From: Planktothrix pseudagardhii
Lineage (GTDB): Bacteria; Cyanobacteriota; Cyanobacteriia; Cyanobacteriales; Microcoleaceae
DNA: 64,000 nucleotides
Assembly (NCBI RefSeq): GCF_904830925.1
Contig: NZ_LR882967.1
Coordinates: 3,426,106-3,490,105 of the forward strand
Direction of reading: 5' to 3'
In this document: positions 20,962-30,444 of the stretch, piece after piece
How positions within the stretch are numbered: the first letter of the stretch is position 1
Layout of the letters: every line of letters begins with the position of its first letter
Translations under genes and position numbers: made by a program
Notes under the pieces: model-generated
What the model was told of the DNA's origin: nothing
The model's input: only the letters and a program-made list of their open reading frames with translations
Databases searched by the model: none

Positions 20962-21186
20962 TGTCTACGTCCTAAACGTTCCGGCTAATCTACTTTAATC
21001 AAATGATAGGTGATTTGTAGGATGTCTGGAAACCCGCATCCGATCTATTTTGAGGCTAGTCCAGAGGAAATAATACTTATTACCCTTTAAAAAAAGCCTT
21101 TTTCAAAAAGATTAACACTTTTTAATCCCTATAAAAATATTCTATTTTAGGGGTTTGAATGCTAAAATTGATGGAGAGAAACTCCT

Positions 21187-21963
21187 ATGAACAATCCCGA
21201 AAATTCTAAAATTCCTGAAGAGATTGCATCTGAAGTGTTAGAAGTTGCATCTCGACTGTATTCTGAATCCAATAATAGTTATTCTGTAGAAGCGTTACAA
21301 CAGGCTGGAAAAGAAGTATCCATCCCCCCAGAATTGATTGAAAAAGCGATTCAAGAAGTTCGGGAGACACATCAACGACAAGAGATTGAACGGCAACAAT
21401 CTCAAGAAAAAAATAAAGTTTTACAAAAAGTTGGGATGGGAATTGCTGGCGTTATCCTACTCTGGAGTATTTTGATTTATAATTCTCTTGCCAGCCACAA
21501 ACAAAATGTTAATGCTTCCTGGGCGCAAGTAGAAAACCAAATGCAACGTCGTGCCGATTTAATTCCTAATTTAGTCGCAGTTACAAACGCCCAAGCTAAA
21601 CAGGAAAAAGAAATTATTCAACTTTTAATTCAATCCAGAGAATCTTATTTAAAAGCCAATTCTATCCCCGAAAAAATAGCAGCCAGCACTCAAATCAGTA
21701 CGGTTATTCAACAATTGAATCAATATGCAGCGACTAACCCCCAACTGCAATCTTCTCAAACCTTTAGTAATCTTCAATATGAACTAGCGGGAACTGAAAA
21801 TCGCATCGCCACAGAACGCCAACGCTATAACCAAGCTGTCAAGAATTATAATCAATCTCTACAAACTTTTCCTAATATTTTGATCAGTTCCCTTTTCAAT
21901 TTTCAAGAACAACCTTATTTCCAAGCTGAGGATAAAACAGTTCCTAAAGTTAATATTCCGTAG
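21187..21963 (+). CDS. LemA-family protein.
   Basis: N-terminal TM, then the LemA core WAQVENQMQRRADLIPNLV...RQRYNQAV. Confidence 0.7.
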   Translation: MNNPENSKIPEEIASEVLEVASRLYSESNNSYSVEALQQAGKEVSIPPELIEKAIQEVRETHQRQEIERQQSQEKNKVLQKVGMGIAGVILLWSILIYNSLASHKQNVNASWAQVENQMQRRADLIPNLVAVTNAQAKQEKEIIQLLIQSRESYLKANSIPEKIAASTQISTVIQQLNQYAATNPQLQSSQTFSNLQYELAGTENRIATERQRYNQAVKNYNQSLQTFPNILISSLFNFQEQPYFQAEDKTVPKVNIP

Positions 21964-22030
21964 AGGACTGAGGGGAGAGGGGGAAACGGGGAGAAGGGGG
22001 AGAAGGGGAAACGGAGAGAGAAGAGGGGGA
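21964..22030 (+). repeat. Purine-rich GGGGAGA/GGGGAAAC low-complexity tract.
   Basis: gaggggagagggggaaacggggagaagggggagaaggggaaacggagagagaagaggggg, directly after the lemA stop. Confidence 0.5.
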
Positions 22031-22167
22031 ATCAACCGCTAACCGTCAACATTCAATAATCGAGTACAATAGGCACACAGACTTAATAAACTTTTATTGT
22101 TCGTATTAAAACCGTTGATTGCTCAATTGCATCACCCAGTTACCGTTTTAGGATTTTTAAGGTCATA

Positions 22168-22713
22168 ATGCTGATTGCCAAGCTGTTAAAATCAATCACT
22201 CTCCCCTTGGGGTTCACACTGCTGTTACCCTTTGCTCTAATCAGTAGTTTGGTCACAGATAGCGTGATGAGTTCCTCCCCTAGCTATGCACAAACCGTAC
22301 CTGCGGCTAAAAACGCTGTGGGACGGGCGATGACCGTTCGGTCTGATATTCAAGAAGCGGATGCTCAAACGGGAATTGTTACCGCACGGGGTAACGTCCA
22401 GATTAACTATCCCGCCCGCAGTATTCAAGCCACTGCCGCCCAAGCGCAATATTTTAGTCGAGAACGTCGCATTGTTCTGAGTGGGAATGTGTTTGTTTTG
22501 CAAGAAGGCAACACTATTCGAGGTGAAACCGTCACCTATTTGATTGATGAAGGACGATTTATTGCTTTACCTCAAGGAGGCGGACAAGTAGAATCGATGT
22601 ATTTAGTCCCCGATGAAACCGCCAGCCCTAAAAACGCAACGGTGGAACCTTTTAATCCTAAACCTGCGTTTAAAACCCCGTTAAGTTCACCTTCAGCACC
22701 TCGTAACCCTTAA
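22168..22713 (+). CDS. LptA/OstA-N-domain periplasmic LPS-transport protein.
   Basis: Signal peptide plus OstA-like beta-jellyroll repeats (TARGNVQI..., LSGNVFVLQEGNTIRGE). Immediately upstream of lptB. Confidence 0.6.
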   Translation: MLIAKLLKSITLPLGFTLLLPFALISSLVTDSVMSSSPSYAQTVPAAKNAVGRAMTVRSDIQEADAQTGIVTARGNVQINYPARSIQATAAQAQYFSRERRIVLSGNVFVLQEGNTIRGETVTYLIDEGRFIALPQGGGQVESMYLVPDETASPKNATVEPFNPKPAFKTPLSSPSAPRNP

Positions 22714-22735
22714 ATTATTTCTAACAAACCCCGTT

Positions 22736-23464
22736 ATGAAAATAGTGCTGGAGAATATTCACAAATCTTACCGTAAACGCACCGTTGTCAGTCGAGTTAA
22801 TCTCTCCGTTTCTCAAGGGGAAATTGTGGGATTATTAGGGCCAAATGGTGCCGGAAAAACCACGACATTTTATATTGCAACGGGGTTAGAAAAACCAACC
22901 CAAGGAAATGTTTATCTCAATGAACTTGATATTACCCATTTACCCATTCATCAACGCGCCCGGTTAGGCATTGGTTATTTAACTCAACAAGCCAGTATTT
23001 TTCGCCATCTCAGTGTCAGGGATAATATTTTATTGGTTTTGCAGGAAACTCGTGTTCCGCGTCATTTATGGCAAAAACGTCTGCATACTCTGTTGCGGGA
23101 GTTTCGTTTAGAAAAAGTTGCCTCCACTTTAGGCTATCAAGTTTCTGGAGGAGAACGACGACGCACAGAATTAGCTCGTTCCTTAGCGGCGGGGTTAGAA
23201 TTGCCTCAGTTTTTACTCTTAGATGAACCCTTTGCCGGAGTTGACCCGATTGCGGTTTCTGAAATTCAAGAAATCGTCGCTCAATTACGCACTCGCAATC
23301 TGGGAATCTTAATTACGGATCATAACGTCCGAGAAACCTTAGCGATTACAGACCGAGCCTATATTATGCGGGATGGACAAATTTTTGCATCGGGAACCGC
23401 CGAAGAACTCTACAATAATCCCCTAGTGCGGCAGTATTATCTTGGTGACAGTTTTCAACTATGA
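22736..23464 (+). CDS. lptB: LPS export ABC transporter ATP-binding protein LptB.
   Basis: Walker A GPNGAGKTT, signature VSGGERRR and Walker B LLLDEPFAGVD. 242 aa. Confidence 0.85.
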   Translation: MKIVLENIHKSYRKRTVVSRVNLSVSQGEIVGLLGPNGAGKTTTFYIATGLEKPTQGNVYLNELDITHLPIHQRARLGIGYLTQQASIFRHLSVRDNILLVLQETRVPRHLWQKRLHTLLREFRLEKVASTLGYQVSGGERRRTELARSLAAGLELPQFLLLDEPFAGVDPIAVSEIQEIVAQLRTRNLGILITDHNVRETLAITDRAYIMRDGQIFASGTAEELYNNPLVRQYYLGDSFQL

Positions 23465-24639
23465 AAATTACTCTTTTTAAACCGTTGGGTTCAGGTAAAA
23501 TTTTCCTGCCCTATCTCTCAATTTTAGATCGATATTTAATCCAAGAAATCATTCCGCCCTTTGTCTTTGGAGTCGGATTATTTAGCTCCGTTGCCCTCAC
23601 GGTGGGAACGGTTTTTGACCTAGTTCGACAAGTGGCAGAATCGGGGATGGCGGTTTCCATTGCTGTTCAGATTTTTCTCTTAAAAATGCCGGAATTCATC
23701 GTTTTAGCCTTTCCGATGGCGATGATTTTAAGTGCATTAATGGTTTATGGCCGTTTATCCAGTGATAGTGAATTAATTGCTCTCAGAAGTTGTGGAATTA
23801 GTTTATATCGGTTACTAATACCAACTTTAATCTTTAGTTTTTTGATTACAGGTTTAACGTTTGCGTTTAATGAAGTGATTGTTCCGGCTGCTAATTATCA
23901 AGCCTCTGTCACCTATGAACAAGCGTTAAATGAAGGCAACCTTCCCATTCAGGAAGATAATATTTTTTATCCCGAATATGAGAAAATAAAAATTGAAGGA
24001 ACAGATAAAAAATTTAGTCGCTTAGTGCGATTGTTTTATGCTGAAAAATTTGATCGCGGTCAAATGTTGGAAGTGACGATTTTAGATCGTTCTCAACCGG
24101 AATTAACTCAAATTATTTCTTCCAAATCTGCCAATTGGAATTTCGCCCAAAATACTTGGGATTTCTTTAATGGTACGGTGTATATTGTTAATCCCGATGG
24201 TTCTTATCGTAATATTGTTCGATTTGATCATAAACAGCTTAAACTCTCTCGCACTCCAATGGATTTAGCGTCCAAAAAACGAGATTTTGATGAGATGAAT
24301 ATTGCTCAAGCTCAAGATTATTTAAAGTTAATGAAATTGAGCGGTGATCAACAAAGAATTGTTAAAACCAAGGTTAGAATTCAACAAAAATATGCTCTCC
24401 CATTCTCCTGTGTAGTCTTTGCGTTATTGGGGGTAGCATTAGGCAGTAGACCCCAAAGTACCAGCCGAGCGACCAGTTTCGGGATTAGCGTTATCGTGAT
24501 TTTCGGATATTATTTACTCTCGTTTATCACCGGAGCCTTGGGTCAAAAAGAAATTCTCACTCCCTTTTTCGCGGCTTGGTTGCCAACATTTTTAGGTATT
24601 GGAATTGCAAGTTTTTTATTAGTTCGTGCTTCTAAGTAG
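23461..24639 (+). CDS. LptF/LptG-family permease (YjgP/YjgQ).
   Basis: 392 aa with 6 TM and a central periplasmic insert. Translationally coupled to lptB by a 4-nt overlap. Confidence 0.75.
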   Translation: MKITLFKPLGSGKIFLPYLSILDRYLIQEIIPPFVFGVGLFSSVALTVGTVFDLVRQVAESGMAVSIAVQIFLLKMPEFIVLAFPMAMILSALMVYGRLSSDSELIALRSCGISLYRLLIPTLIFSFLITGLTFAFNEVIVPAANYQASVTYEQALNEGNLPIQEDNIFYPEYEKIKIEGTDKKFSRLVRLFYAEKFDRGQMLEVTILDRSQPELTQIISSKSANWNFAQNTWDFFNGTVYIVNPDGSYRNIVRFDHKQLKLSRTPMDLASKKRDFDEMNIAQAQDYLKLMKLSGDQQRIVKTKVRIQQKYALPFSCVVFALLGVALGSRPQSTSRATSFGISVIVIFGYYLLSFITGALGQKEILTPFFAAWLPTFLGIGIASFLLVRASK

Positions 24640-24662
24640 AAACATGATGCTGATCTCCAAAT

Positions 24663-25271
24663 TTACAACCATAACCTTTGCAACTCCCTACAAGCATAAC
24701 GTAGAGAAGGCAAAGCAATAGCATCGACTCCTTGAGGACATATTTCTCTAGCCAATATTCTAGCTGATCTTTCCGCTAATTCAATCCTCTCTTCTGGACT
24801 CATTGTTTTATCTTTATAATCAGTCATCTCATCACAGTGATGACTTGACGGATAGCTATTAATATAACGAAACCACGTTTCAATATTTCGAGCTGGTACA
24901 AAAATAGCAACTTTATCACCAGATTTTCGAGGATCTTGGTTTAACTTACCTGCTGTTTCGTCTAATGCTATATGTAAAGAACGCATTCTATGAGATAGGG
25001 TATCGTTATCAGCATCAATCATCACTACTACAGCAATATTTCTATAGTTACGACTTCTATAACTGTTAATAAGCTTTGGATAATACCTGACAATCAAAGC
25101 ATTGTTATTCTTAATTGTTTGCCCTTTAGGATTGCCAAAGTCTTTAATTTTGCGCTTGTTAAATCCCCGACAGATCAAATATTCTCTAATAAATCGCTCT
25201 TGGTCAATATCTTCACAGAGAATAGTTACTTCTGGTAAATCATAATATCTACTCGTCATAAATCCATCCAA
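24663..25271 (-). CDS. Small TOPRIM-like (DUF4276-like) putative nuclease partner of the upstream ATPase.
   Basis: 202 aa. An N-terminal strand carries a conserved Glu (VTILCEDIDQE), then a DxD motif (VVVMIDADND), as in OLD/TOPRIM-clan domains. Overlaps the ATPase gene 3' end. AT-rich. Confidence 0.5.
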   Translation of the reverse strand: MDGFMTSRYYDLPEVTILCEDIDQERFIREYLICRGFNKRKIKDFGNPKGQTIKNNNALIVRYYPKLINSYRSRNYRNIAVVVMIDADNDTLSHRMRSLHIALDETAGKLNQDPRKSGDKVAIFVPARNIETWFRYINSYPSSHHCDEMTDYKDKTMSPEERIELAERSARILAREICPQGVDAIALPSLRYACRELQRLWL

Positions 25272-26415
25272 GTTCTATAAGTTTAGCAACTGATAAACCT
25301 TCTTTATTATCAGTAATTCGCTGTACGCGGACAGTTTCATTATCTTCTCGTTCAAACCAATAACCTGAATTGCTTGCTAAGTAATTAATTAATGATGGGT
25401 GATGAGAAATTAACATTACTTGTGCTTCATTGTTAACACAATACTCCATCACCTGATCCCACCAAGGTCTTATTTCCGGTAAAGCTAGGAAATTTTCGGG
25501 TTCATCAATACACAACGTAAAATTCTCATCAGGAGAACAATATATTAAGGTATATAGCGCAATCAAAACTTTTTGACCTTGCGATAATTCATTAAGTCGA
25601 TAAGTAGTTTTGCTAGGACGGGTAAAAGATGCTGATAAAATCCTAACATCACCAGATTTAGGATTTTGAAATGAATCAAATCCCTTGATAATATTTTGTA
25701 ATTCCAGCGTTAGTTTAAGTATTTTACCTTGAGATTCCTGAGATAAATAGCTGTACCAAGCTGCATAGTTTGACATATCCCAAGTCGGCAAACTTGCCTC
25801 CTGACGGCTTTCTGATTCCATGACAAAAGGGTTGATCTCGACAATAAAAAAGTTAGCAATCCTTTTTTTGAACCAGGTCAGCTTTTGATTGTCAGGTCTT
25901 TCATAAATAAAACCAATACCAGAACGCGACCAATCAAAAAACGGTAAAAAAGCACCTTCACGATTAGGATCGTCATTATAAAGCCTAGCTTGACCTACAG
26001 GCATACCTCTATCGCCCGCATCAACCCAGAAATTAAATAGAGGTTGTCCGTCAAAAGTTAAGCTTTCTAGTCGCATTCTAGGAGGTGCATACTCTCCTTG
26101 ATGTTCGATCTCTAGGGTATATTTATAAATGCCACCATTTCCTTGAATATCCAATTCAAATTTTTGAATCTGGGATTTTTGCCATCTTGTTAAATCATTG
26201 TTTTTAAACAAATCTGATACTTTATAATCTTGTTGGAAAGCTTGATCACCTATAATAAATTTTTGTAGTTTTCTTAAAACATCAAAAACAGTAGTTTTTC
26301 CCGAACCATTTGAACCTAGAAAGAGATTTAAGCTATCTAATGTCAATTCAAAATTGACTAGGCATCTAAAGTTATTAACATAGATCCGCGTCAGCATATT
26401 TTTTGTGATTAGCAA
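25249..26415 (-). CDS. ABC-type (AAA_21/AAA_15-like) ATPase, OLD/PARIS-AriA-like. Probable real start is the ATG at 26397.
   Basis: Walker A GSNGSGKTT, ABC signature-like LSQGQK, Walker B LCIDEPE and H-loop ISHHP. AT-rich relative to flanks. Confidence 0.75.
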   Translation of the reverse strand: MLITKNMLTRIYVNNFRCLVNFELTLDSLNLFLGSNGSGKTTVFDVLRKLQKFIIGDQAFQQDYKVSDLFKNNDLTRWQKSQIQKFELDIQGNGGIYKYTLEIEHQGEYAPPRMRLESLTFDGQPLFNFWVDAGDRGMPVGQARLYNDDPNREGAFLPFFDWSRSGIGFIYERPDNQKLTWFKKRIANFFIVEINPFVMESESRQEASLPTWDMSNYAAWYSYLSQESQGKILKLTLELQNIIKGFDSFQNPKSGDVRILSASFTRPSKTTYRLNELSQGQKVLIALYTLIYCSPDENFTLCIDEPENFLALPEIRPWWDQVMEYCVNNEAQVMLISHHPSLINYLASNSGYWFEREDNETVRVQRITDNKEGLSVAKLIELGWIYDE

Positions 26416-26588
26416 TTATCATAAATGATCTTTATCATTCTTATTATCCCATAAATCAGGAATTAAATCACACCAAAGTAAAATTTCAGGTTTTAAAGTT
26501 AGAGAAGTTAAAGATTGACAGCAAAACTTTAGCCCACTGCCCCAGAGTGCGACGCTGATTTTAACGCTATCATCCATTTAATTAGTAA

Positions 26589-27794
26589 CTAAGGATTGGC
26601 AAACGTATTAATTTCCCCCCCTCCAATATAACGACCCGGAACACGATTGGGAACAGAAAAATTAGGTTGGGTTTGACCGATTTGACCCGGTTGTAGGTTG
26701 GGATTCATATTACTGGGGGTCATGTAACTATTCGGTTGAACGGGTTGAACCGTGCTGTAACTCCCTGTATTCGGCGTGACGGAATAGGAGGGTGCAGTGT
26801 TATTTATCGGAAGTGAATTGAGGTTAGAATATCCAGGGTTGGGGGCTGTTCCAGGTGTTACTGTGGGCACGGTAGGAACAACCGGAGGCAGGGTCACGTT
26901 GGTTTGGTAGGGATTTGGAGCGGGAAGGGGAACTGTACCCACCACAGGATTAGTATTGGCTCTGGGAACACTCCAACTCGGTTGAATCGCCTGTCCTGTA
27001 ATGGTGGGAGTAGCTGTAAAGGGTGTCACACCTACTGGTGTTCCTGAGAGGGGATTTAACGCGGCGTTGGGATTTGTTAGGGTATTTGGTGAAAGTGTTG
27101 ATGGCTTGGTTTCTTGGACTTCTGAGGTTGGTGAGGATTCAGTCGCCGTGTTAGACGGTACAGCCAGATCTTTATTTTCGGTCTGCTGGGTTTGCAGATA
27201 GTTCTGCATCGCTTGTTGTAAAGCCGTGGTTGTCGTTTGGGGGTTGGTTGTTTCTGCGGATTGATTTAAACCGATGTTAGGATTGGACTCGGTGGAAGTT
27301 GAAGGATTACCAGAAACTGAATTCAGATTGTTAACAGGAGTTGAAGTATTCCCCTGTACCGATATTGAGGGTTGAGTTTTGGGGGCTGATTCTGAGAGGA
27401 TAGCGTCTACGAGAGGATTGGAATTCGAGGAGGATTCCGGCTTTTTAGCAGCTTCCTGAGCTTGTTTAAATAAGTCTGTTCCGAGTGAAATCGTTGTATT
27501 TAAAGGTGCAAGGAATGAATTATTGTGATTTAACTCATCTAATAACACTTTAGAACTATCAATATCCGCCGCAATTGATTGTTCTTCTGGGGTAAGTTGA
27601 CTCGCGGAGTTACCAGAATCAAGGGTTGATTCTTGATCCAAACTAAACCATTCGGGGTGTTCGGAAAACTGCCAAAAGAAAATTCCCACCACCACCACCA
27701 CACTGACAGAACCCCAAATACGAGGTTGTAAAAGAAACTGCAATTCTTCTCCCACAGTACGAATCAATTCAGGAAGTCGTTTATAAATAGACAT
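26589..27794 (-). CDS. Hypothetical membrane-anchored Pro/Thr/Asn-rich low-complexity protein.
   Basis: One N-terminal TM (IWGSVSVVVVVGIFFW), then a 300-aa compositionally biased region. No recognisable domain. Confidence 0.45.
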   Translation of the reverse strand: MSIYKRLPELIRTVGEELQFLLQPRIWGSVSVVVVVGIFFWQFSEHPEWFSLDQESTLDSGNSASQLTPEEQSIAADIDSSKVLLDELNHNNSFLAPLNTTISLGTDLFKQAQEAAKKPESSSNSNPLVDAILSESAPKTQPSISVQGNTSTPVNNLNSVSGNPSTSTESNPNIGLNQSAETTNPQTTTTALQQAMQNYLQTQQTENKDLAVPSNTATESSPTSEVQETKPSTLSPNTLTNPNAALNPLSGTPVGVTPFTATPTITGQAIQPSWSVPRANTNPVVGTVPLPAPNPYQTNVTLPPVVPTVPTVTPGTAPNPGYSNLNSLPINNTAPSYSVTPNTGSYSTVQPVQPNSYMTPSNMNPNLQPGQIGQTQPNFSVPNRVPGRYIGGGEINTFANP

Positions 27795-27828
27795 AGCTTA
27801 CAGACAGCTTATTGCTGCTTTGAAAGGA

Positions 27829-28029
27829 ACAGGGGAAGTCAGGGGATGGGGGACAAGGGGATAGGGGGATTAGGGGGACAAGGGGACAAGGGGATTAGGG
27901 GGACAAGGGGACAAGGGGATAGGGGGATTAGGGGACAAGGGGATAGGGGGATTAGGGGACAAGGTGACAAGGTGACAAGGGGACAAGGGGACAAGGGGAC
28001 AAGGGGACAAGGGGATTAGGGGGAAGTCA
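27829..28029 (+). repeat. Tandem array of about 22 G-rich octamers (GGGGACAA, GGGGATAG, GGGGATTA) bounded by GGGGAAGTCA.
   Basis: Directly visible. The array fills most of the divergent intergenic region between 26589..27794(-) and pgl(+). Confidence 0.85.
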
Positions 28030-28121
28030 ACTGTTAACTTTCAACATTGAGCTTAACTGCTGGGTGCTAAACCTCAACCGCGAACGGACAAAACCTCTTA
28101 TCATTATTGTAGCCTGTTGCT

Positions 28122-28874
28122 TTGATGCCTAAATTAACCTTTGAGGCTACCCTAATGGAAAAATTTATAGAAATTCTAGCGAATAAAGAAGAAATCACTC
28201 AGCGAGCTTTAGATATTCTTCTGGTTAAAATTAAAGACGCGCTTCAAAGTCGGGATCAATTTACAATCGCTTTAGCAGGAGGGAGCACCCCTAAACCGTT
28301 ATATGAAGCGTTAGCTCAACAAGCGTTACCTTGGGATAAAATTCATGTCTTTTGGGGAGATGAACGTTATGTTCAGTCTGATCATCCCGACAGTAACCAA
28401 CGCATGGCGCGACAAGCTTGGCTAGATCAAGTTAATTTCCCCCCCACTCATCTTCATCCGATGCCAACGGCAGCTAACGACCCCAAGGTTGATGCCGAAA
28501 CCTACAATCGGGAATTAGAGCAGTTTTTTCATCTCAATGCCGGAGAATTCCCCGTTTTTGATGTGGTTTTATTGGGGATGGGGGATGATGCTCACACGGC
28601 ATCGTTATTTCCCCATACCGAAGCCTTAACCGTTCAAGATCGCTTGATTACCGTTGGCAATAAAGACGGTCAACCTCGGATTACCTTTACCGTACCCCTG
28701 ATTAATCACGCTCGCTGTGTGATGTTTTTGGTTACGGGGGCAAATAAACAGGAACCTTTGGCCCAGGTGTTTGCCTCAGAAGCCGATGCGATCGCTTATC
28801 CCAGCCGACTGATTCAACCGGTTGGGGAATTATGGTGGTTATTAGATGCCGCAGCAGGAGCCAATTTAACTTAA
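28122..28874 (+). CDS. pgl: 6-phosphogluconolactonase. An alternative start is MEKFIEIL at 28155.
   Basis: LAGGSTPKPLYEAL and WGDERYV motifs of the Pgl/NagB superfamily. About 240 aa. Confidence 0.75.
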   Translation: MMPKLTFEATLMEKFIEILANKEEITQRALDILLVKIKDALQSRDQFTIALAGGSTPKPLYEALAQQALPWDKIHVFWGDERYVQSDHPDSNQRMARQAWLDQVNFPPTHLHPMPTAANDPKVDAETYNRELEQFFHLNAGEFPVFDVVLLGMGDDAHTASLFPHTEALTVQDRLITVGNKDGQPRITFTVPLINHARCVMFLVTGANKQEPLAQVFASEADAIAYPSRLIQPVGELWWLLDAAAGANLT

Positions 28875-28934
28875 AATTTGCCAAAATTAAGCATCTGAAC
28901 CCTTAATCTCACTCAAATTTTTCCATCAAAATCC

Positions 28935-29672
28935 ATGATTGTTTGTCCCAATTGTAATTATCAAAATCCAGAAGGCGCGACGCAATGTGAAGCTTGTTAT
29001 ACGCCTTTGCCTTCGATGACGAGTTGTCCCCATTGTGGGGCGACGGTACAAACGGATGCGGCTTTTTGTGGTCAATGTGGGTCGAATTTACAGCCTACAT
29101 CTACCCCAACGAATTCAGGTGAAAACGAAGGCTTAATTCCGACTTTGGTTACCCCTCCTGATGAACCCATCGCTGAACCTCAGCCTCAACCGGTGATCAG
29201 TTCCGGGCCGAATTTAGAAAAATCTCCGGCTGTTCCTGATGCGACGCTCACGACTCCTCCGGCTGTAGTTCCTGTCGTGACGGTTGCGGAACCCCCAGCT
29301 AATATAGCTCAAGCTTTCCAGGCGGCTGCGACTCAGTTACAGCGACAGGCGGCGAAGCTGATTCATGTTCAAACCAATGCCACTGTAGAATTACCTCAAA
29401 ATGTCTCGGTGATTCATTTAGGAAAACCTAATGATTTAGTGCCCCCGGATGTTGATGTTTCGGGATTTCCCAACTCAGAAATTGTTTCTCGCACCCATGC
29501 TGATATTCGGATGGAGGGCGATGCGTACTATATTGAAGATGTGGGCAGTTCAAATGGCACTTATATTAATAATATCTCTCTTCCCAAAGGAAATCGACAT
29601 CGGTTAAGACCCGGCGATCGCATTTCTTTAGGAAAAGGAGATTTAGTTTCGTTTATTTTTCAACTGTCCTAG
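28935..29672 (+). CDS. Double zinc-ribbon plus FHA-domain protein.
   Basis: CPNC...CEAC and CPHC...CGQC pairs at the N-terminus, and a C-terminal FHA core (SRTHADI...GSSNGTYINN...PGDRISLG). Confidence 0.75.
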   Translation: MIVCPNCNYQNPEGATQCEACYTPLPSMTSCPHCGATVQTDAAFCGQCGSNLQPTSTPTNSGENEGLIPTLVTPPDEPIAEPQPQPVISSGPNLEKSPAVPDATLTTPPAVVPVVTVAEPPANIAQAFQAAATQLQRQAAKLIHVQTNATVELPQNVSVIHLGKPNDLVPPDVDVSGFPNSEIVSRTHADIRMEGDAYYIEDVGSSNGTYINNISLPKGNRHRLRPGDRISLGKGDLVSFIFQLS

Positions 29673-29919
29673 AGGATTCAGAACTCAGAGTACAGGGGCA
29701 GAGGGTAGAGGGTCGTTCAGTACAAAACAGCAAATTTACCCGTTATCAATGAATGCCCAACTGCACGAGAGCTTTTGAAAGCCAGGATTTTTGGATGGTG
29801 GGGGGAGTGAGTTCTCCTGAATGTTTGATTCGGGGGAAACCTTAATCCTTAATCGCCCTATATCCCCATCCAAAATCTGAGATTTCCCATTTAAAATAAG
29901 TTTAGGGCGTAGCTGTTGA

Positions 29920-30444
29920 TTGTTAGATTTTGCCAATGTGATTAAACTAACATTATTACATCCTCTCCAATCGATTCCTGTCCGCAGTTGGGTCTTTAAA
30001 AAGGACAATGTGATTCGGATTGGGCGATCGCTCAAGAATGATGTTGTTCTCTATAGTGCGGTTGTGTCTCGGTATCATGTCGAGATTCGTCGCCAAAGTG
30101 AAGATTGGGTTGTTGTGAATCTGGGAACCAATGGAACCTATGTTAATGGACAAGCGGTTCAACAAGTTCCCTTAGTCGATGGACAAGTAATTCACTTAGC
30201 GATATCGGGGCCCAAAATTCTCTTAAATATTCAACCTGATCCGACAGAATTGATTTTTACTGGAGGAATAGAGGTGCATCATTCATCTCAGCAACAGGAA
30301 CATCAGTCGGAACCTGTGTATTCCGTGGAAGTTTTAACTTCACCTGGAGTTTCCTCTGATCCATTGTTTCCCAGTCACACGGAAGAGACAACGGAGGTTG
30401 ATCTGCGTAAAAAATTGATGCTTCCTACCAATTACCCGGTCTAA
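29920..30444 (+). CDS. FHA-domain protein.
   Basis: IRIGRS...VSRYHVEIRR...NLGTNGTYVNGQAV...GQVIHL FHA signature. Confidence 0.7.
   Translation: MLDFANVIKLTLLHPLQSIPVRSWVFKKDNVIRIGRSLKNDVVLYSAVVSRYHVEIRRQSEDWVVVNLGTNGTYVNGQAVQQVPLVDGQVIHLAISGPKILLNIQPDPTELIFTGGIEVHHSSQQQEHQSEPVYSVEVLTSPGVSSDPLFPSHTEETTEVDLRKKLMLPTNYPV

Noticed and set aside
27829-28029. Possible CRISPR array.
   Set aside because: The units are contiguous 8-bp G-rich repeats with no unique spacers of 25-40 bp and no cas genes nearby.
29736-30165. 99-aa and 69-aa minus-strand ORFs between or over the FHA genes.
   Set aside because: They overlap the second FHA gene start region in antisense and have no motifs. They are most likely spurious.
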